DNA of 64,000 nt from an uncultured virus (IMG/VR IMGVR_UViG_3300043496_000149) (taxonomy: Duplodnaviria > Heunggongvirae > Uroviricota > Caudoviricetes), in the IMG/VR virus record IMGVR_UViG_3300043496_000149. The stretch is one strand, 5' to 3'. A model generated the notes under the pieces. It ran no database searches. It saw nothing but the letters and a program-made list of their open reading frames with translations, and had not been told where the DNA came from. The position numbers and the translations under genes are program-made. Numbering within the stretch: the stretch's first letter is position 1; every line of letters starts with the position of its first letter. Positions 60,361-64,000 of this stretch are shown here, piece by piece.

Positions 60361-60406
60361 TCGGTGACTAAAGAATTAGAAATAATGTGCCCTTTAGGCA
60401 CCGATT
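60359..60406 (+). terminator. 15-bp inverted repeat built from the CGGTGC motif, directly after the AAA gene stop
   Basis: AATCGGTGACTAAAG / CTTTAGGCACCGATT, one mismatch; terminator function is inference. Confidence 0.4.
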
Positions 60407-60476
60407 CTTATATTATTAGAATTAAATCAACTTTAAAGTTAAACTATATATAGTAGTCAACCTATAGGTTAGTTAC

Positions 60477-60695
60477 ATGAATACCAAAAATATAGTTACT
60501 GCCAGGAATACAATAACAAATGAACAAATATTTATCGATTGTAAAGACTTTAAAGAAGCATGGAATATGTCTGGAAGATTACACCAGATTGAATTAAAAG
60601 AACATACATATTCTCAAATCAGATTGAGAGGTTCACCAGTATCAAAGAAATTATATAAAGATATGACACAATTTTTCTTAAATAACGGTGCTTGA
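60477..60695 (+). CDS. Small hypothetical protein
   Basis: 72 aa, preceded by a TATA element and two palindromic boxes. Confidence 0.55.
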   Translation: MNTKNIVTARNTITNEQIFIDCKDFKEAWNMSGRLHQIELKEHTYSQIRLRGSPVSKKLYKDMTQFFLNNGA

Positions 60696-60724
60696 AGCCT
60701 TCGAGTGAGCACCGAACCATCAAA

Positions 60725-61081
60725 CTAAAACAAACTTAAAGTCTTATCTCCATTCTGTTTCTTATTATCATTATCCTGTTCTATAATATCTTTTAATTTC
60801 ATTTCTTTCTCTGGTGAATCTTCTAATACCTTTTTATAATCATTAAGTATATTTTTATCAATTGTAGTGTTAAAGTCTTTAAGCAGAAAGAAGCAATACA
60901 TTAATCCAATAATTCCAAACGTAATTATTACTATATTAAGCGTGTTGGCAGCGTTAAAATCACAATAATCTGAAGTACAGGTTTTAAAGAATATTATAGA
61001 TAAAACAGTTATGACCCCGAATATAGCTAATGATACAAGTGCGAACTTTCTATTTTTATCCATTTTTTTAAGTATTGTCAT
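60725..61081 (-). CDS. Two-TM membrane protein
   Basis: Two hydrophobic helices. Confidence 0.6.
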   Translation of the reverse strand: MTILKKMDKNRKFALVSLAIFGVITVLSIIFFKTCTSDYCDFNAANTLNIVIITFGIIGLMYCFFLLKDFNTTIDKNILNDYKKVLEDSPEKEMKLKDIIEQDNDNKKQNGDKTLSLF

Positions 61082-61199
61082 GATACATTAATACCTTCCT
61101 TATTCTATTACTGAATTGTTTTTGTGGCTAATTAACATTTTTTGACATTACTAGAATGGTTAAAGCTATTATTTTAACCGTTAAAATAATTTTGAATAA

Positions 61200-61418
61200 T
61201 CAATCATCTGAGCTTAAAGCCTTCAAGTCTGATACTACTATCTTTCGAGCACATGCAGGACAGATATAGACCCCATTTTCTGACTCTGGTAGCATTCTTT
61301 TATTAGCTATTTGATTATAATACATATGTAAATCACACAAGTCACATTTTATTAATATGTTATATTGTTTATTGTTTTCATCTGTTTGATATATTGGCTC
61401 TAATTCTTCTAATGGCAT
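61200..61418 (-). CDS. Small Zn-finger protein
   Basis: CDLC...ICPAC. Confidence 0.6.
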   Translation of the reverse strand: MPLEELEPIYQTDENNKQYNILIKCDLCDLHMYYNQIANKRMLPESENGVYICPACARKIVVSDLKALSSDD

Positions 61419-61690
61419 AATATAGTTTAACGGTGCGCAAAGGAGTATATATTTTATTTTATTGTTTTTTCTTTTCTCATCAAGTATTTTGATCGGTGCT
61501 CATATAATATAAATCAAGGGGTTCCAATTAGACCCCCGGTTAGGAATTATGACCAAAATTTTAGACTCCCCTCCGAGTTATTTTTCAAAATTTTAGACAC
61601 CCGGATAAGAATTATTTTTTAAATTTTTGACCCTGCTGTCGGAATTTTTTTTAAAAATATTTATATTTTTTTAAAATATTTATAATTTTA

Positions 61691-61843
61691 TTATTCTACC
61701 AATTTCACTCCACAGAAAGGACATGTTTTTAATTCACTACCTCCATGATATATATTGGTAATAGTTTTCTCCTTACCTTTTGTTATAACTTCAATTCTTT
61801 TTCTTATATTCTCTAATTTTTCACAACAATATTCTTTTTTCAT
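61691..61843 (-). CDS. CC...CPxCG mini-protein 1
   Basis: MKKEYCCEKLE...TCPFCGVKL; start reassigned via ATGA overlap. Confidence 0.65.
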   Translation of the reverse strand: MKKEYCCEKLENIRKRIEVITKGKEKTITNIYHGGSELKTCPFCGVKLVE

Positions 61844-61986
61844 TCTGATAATTTCACTCCACATCTGGGACAATAATCTATATCATATACTTGTAGTTCG
61901 TGGGTTTGGATAAAATCCCATTCATTATCGAAATACATTATTGATTCATTGTTCTTTAGTTTATCACATCTATGTTCGGTGCTCAA
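61840..61986 (-). CDS. HxC...CPxCG mini-protein 2 (48 aa, not in track)
   Basis: TTG start; MSTEHRCDKLKNNE...YCPRCGVKLSE. Confidence 0.6.
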   Translation of the reverse strand: MSTEHRCDKLKNNESIMYFDNEWDFIQTHELQVYDIDYCPRCGVKLSE

Positions 61987-62180
61987 GGCAGGTAGGCACC
62001 ACAAAATATACACTCACCTAATGGCATAGTTTCCCTGGTATTCTTATCATGGCATAGATAATGGAGTTCTCCATGTTCATCTCCCCCAGATACAATGATG
62101 ATATTATCATCTTCATACATACCTTTTTTATTGTATACTACCTGATCTTTCATTTTATCACAACATGGTATGGTGCTCAC
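61983..62180 (-). CDS. CC...CxxCG mini-protein 3
   Basis: PCCDKMKD...ECIFCGAYL. Confidence 0.65.
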   Translation of the reverse strand: MSTIPCCDKMKDQVVYNKKGMYEDDNIIIVSGGDEHGELHYLCHDKNTRETMPLGECIFCGAYLP

Positions 62181-62186
62181 AGGCCT

Positions 62187-62465
62187 TCACATATCCCTCT
62201 TTAATGGTTCAGGTACCTTGGTGGTTCCTTCAGGCACCGCAGCAAGCATTTCTTTCCAATTATCAATCACTATCATCACACTATATGAGAATACATCTGC
62301 ATATGGTATATCTCTGTATTTATATGAAGTATGTTCAGTTAAAACTTTGTTATAATATATTTTCCCTATCTGATCCATTCTTAGATTATTATTCTTCAGA
62401 TAGTCATTTACCTCTCGTTTTAATATATCCAGGCTATATGATTCAAAGAATTCTAATTTTACCAT
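62187..62465 (-). CDS. Hypothetical protein (Cse60/DUF2758-like pattern)
   Basis: LKREVNDYL...IYY...YSVMIV. Confidence 0.5.
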   Translation of the reverse strand: MVKLEFFESYSLDILKREVNDYLKNNNLRMDQIGKIYYNKVLTEHTSYKYRDIPYADVFSYSVMIVIDNWKEMLAAVPEGTTKVPEPLKRDM

Positions 62466-62494
62466 ATATTTTGGGTGCTCACACGGGTTATTTA

Positions 62495-62716
62495 TTATTT
62501 GATATTATTATATTCCTTGAGAGCTATTAAATTAACATGACAATAAGGACAATATTTAAAATGTAGATCCGTTCTTAATGCTGATGAATCTATACTATCC
62601 TCATTCATATTATATTCATATATTTCACCTTTTATACCTATTGATATAAATGGTAATTCAGATAATTCCTTGAATTTATCACAACAGAACTTCATGTAAG
62701 CACCTTTCCGCACCAA
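62495..62716 (-). CDS. CC...CPxC mini-protein 4
   Basis: MKFCCDKFKE...FKYCPYC. Confidence 0.65.
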   Translation of the reverse strand: MVRKGAYMKFCCDKFKELSELPFISIGIKGEIYEYNMNEDSIDSSALRTDLHFKYCPYCHVNLIALKEYNNIK

Positions 62717-62913
62717 AGACAGTTCTTTAATATAATCTCTTTAGTTTTAATCTCATCTGTATCAGGTGTTAACCAATGTTTTATTATACGCTTATTGGTA
62801 ACAAACTCTGCAATAAAGATATTATGTTGTGGTAAATGATCGATGAAAGGTTCTTCCTTTATCCATCCCCTCAAGACTGCATCTTCGAGCTTTAAACAGC
62901 AGTATTTTCTCAC
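62692..62913 (-). CDS. CC...CxxCG mini-protein 5
   Basis: YCCLKLE...NCLWCGKVL. Confidence 0.65.
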   Translation of the reverse strand: MRKYCCLKLEDAVLRGWIKEEPFIDHLPQHNIFIAEFVTNKRIIKHWLTPDTDEIKTKEIILKNCLWCGKVLT

Positions 62914-63351
62914 ATATTTCGGTGCTCACTTGGGATATATATTCTCTGATATTCTCCATATAATCCGACCATATAATGCCATATTTGGCACTATAATGCC
63001 GGATATATTAAGCGGATTAAACGATTTTAGAATTGGATATATTTAGGAGATATTTAGGAGGTGACCAAACCCCCATTTCCCCTGTTTTTACGGAACCACT
63101 ATTGACAGCAATTTTATTGATATAATAACGATATTTATACTTTGATATAATTGGAATCTCTCAGTCTCACTCCTCATCGGGATCCCATATGAGATCGCCC
63201 CTCCTTCGCCTTAACTGCTCTGGATGCAATATAATATTCAATGATGTGGTATATTAACGGTGCTTAGAGGGAAGGTGTACCTTAATCACCATTAAACATT
63301 AATGGATATAGTTAGAGATATATCCCTACTGATTTGAAATGATATAAGTAA

Positions 63352-63750
63352 TTGGCTACAGGATATAAAAAATCATATAAACCCAAACATCCTAATTCAC
63401 ATAAAAATGGGTATGTTTTAGAACATCGGTATGTTATGTCACAACATTTAGGTAGGTCATTAGAAAAATACGAGGATGTACACCATAGAAATGGTAATAA
63501 GAAGGATAATAGGATTGAAAATCTAGAACTAATTAGTCATTCGAAACATCAAAGTATGCATAATCCCATTATAGATAGAACCAATACATCTTGTAACTTA
63601 TGTAAATCTAATACTACTAGAAAAGTATTCAAATGTGGAACACATTATGATGATTGGTATAAGGATATAAATGGCTCATTATGTGAAAATTGTTATAAAA
63701 CTATAAAAAGACTTAGAAAGAAATTTGGATTATCAACATCAGGGTATTAA
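63352..63750 (+). CDS. HNH endonuclease with C-terminal Zn finger
   Basis: GYVLEHRYVMSQHLGRSL...VHHRNGNKKDNRIENLEL; CNLC...WY...LCENC. Confidence 0.9.
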   Translation: MATGYKKSYKPKHPNSHKNGYVLEHRYVMSQHLGRSLEKYEDVHHRNGNKKDNRIENLELISHSKHQSMHNPIIDRTNTSCNLCKSNTTRKVFKCGTHYDDWYKDINGSLCENCYKTIKRLRKKFGLSTSGY

Positions 63751-64000
63751 TTTTAAAAAATAGATGTATCTACTTACTCTTAAACGGGATATAAGCAGAT
63801 AATGGGAGAAGTTATTGTAACAAGGCAAGGATATATTTGGAATTATAATATATAATGATTATGAAACGGTGCTAGAAGGGCTATTGATGAAATACCCAAT
63901 ATGAATACCACTTCAAATATTGTTGATTTGAGTCAACCTCCTAACACCGCCTATGCATGATAGTTTTCATTCAATAAGGACTGTCTGTCTGTAACTGTAT

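Larger units (their letters stand above)
56345..60470. promoter_or_regulatory. Family of palindromic AACHTWWARGTT boxes upstream of the small-gene cluster
   Basis: 56345, 57516, 58778, 59452, 60429, 60459; several next to TATA-like elements. Confidence 0.55.
144..63872. repeat. Highly iterated dispersed motif CGGTGC/GCACCG
   Basis: About 105 copies by manual scan, e.g. 144, 562, 963, 1794, 2649, 4075, 16926, 25035, 39125, 47530, 55742, 63867. Confidence 0.85.
1..64000. mobile_element. Tailed archaeal virus (Caudoviricetes) genome segment or provirus; probable Nitrososphaeria host
   Basis: MCP, prohead protease, portal and TerL together with archaeal MCM, RadA and Hjc; no ribosomal or housekeeping operons; thaumarchaeal-type domains; many TTG starts. 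Confidence 0.88.

Noticed and set aside
144..63872. Identity of the iterated motif with the Pasteurellaceae USS (AAGTGCGGT) or E. coli Chi (GCTGGTGG)
   Set aside because: Only partial resemblance; core and flank differ and the element is archaeal.
1..64000. tRNA, rRNA, integrase, amoC or DNA polymerase genes
   Set aside because: No recognisable signatures by eye; a tRNAscan/HMM run would be needed to exclude divergent cases.
1..64000. Alternative genetic code or stop-codon reassignment
   Set aside because: Long conserved genes are uninterrupted under the standard code and all three stop codons terminate genes.

Overview
AT-rich (roughly 30-33% GC by eye), densely coded segment, probably most of the genome of a tailed archaeal virus (Caudoviricetes) or provirus. 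Head and packaging genes: HK97-type major capsid protein, prohead protease/scaffold, capsid decoration protein, portal and terminase large subunit. There are many tail/adhesin-like proteins. Archaeal-type replication and recombination genes: MCM, RadA and a frameshifted Hjc. Nucleotide metabolism genes: class II RNR, all-alpha dUTPase and a dNMP kinase. Other genes: a DNA methyltransferase, an SF2 helicase, a papain-like protease, a glycosyltransferase, five HNH genes and many small Zn-binding or HTH proteins. Domain content and frequent TTG starts suggest a soil ammonia-oxidising archaeal host (Nitrososphaeraceae); this is inference. The most striking unexplained signal is a non-palindromic motif, CGGTGC (extended consensus about WCGGTGC-N3-AAG[G]). 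I counted about 105 copies by eye against about 5 expected from base composition. It occurs in all reading frames and between genes, is strand-polarised over the first 36 kb, and forms inverted pairs at gene ends. It could belong to an undescribed Chi/KOPS/HIP1/uptake-sequence-like system. Other notable items are an Hjc needing a -1 frameshift at A7, a gene with no canonical start codon, an inactivated phosphoesterase fused to a virion domain, a candidate structured ncRNA, an origin-like region, a palindromic operator family and a tandem array of CC...CxxCG mini-proteins. No polymerase, primase, integrase, tRNA, rRNA or CRISPR array was recognised.
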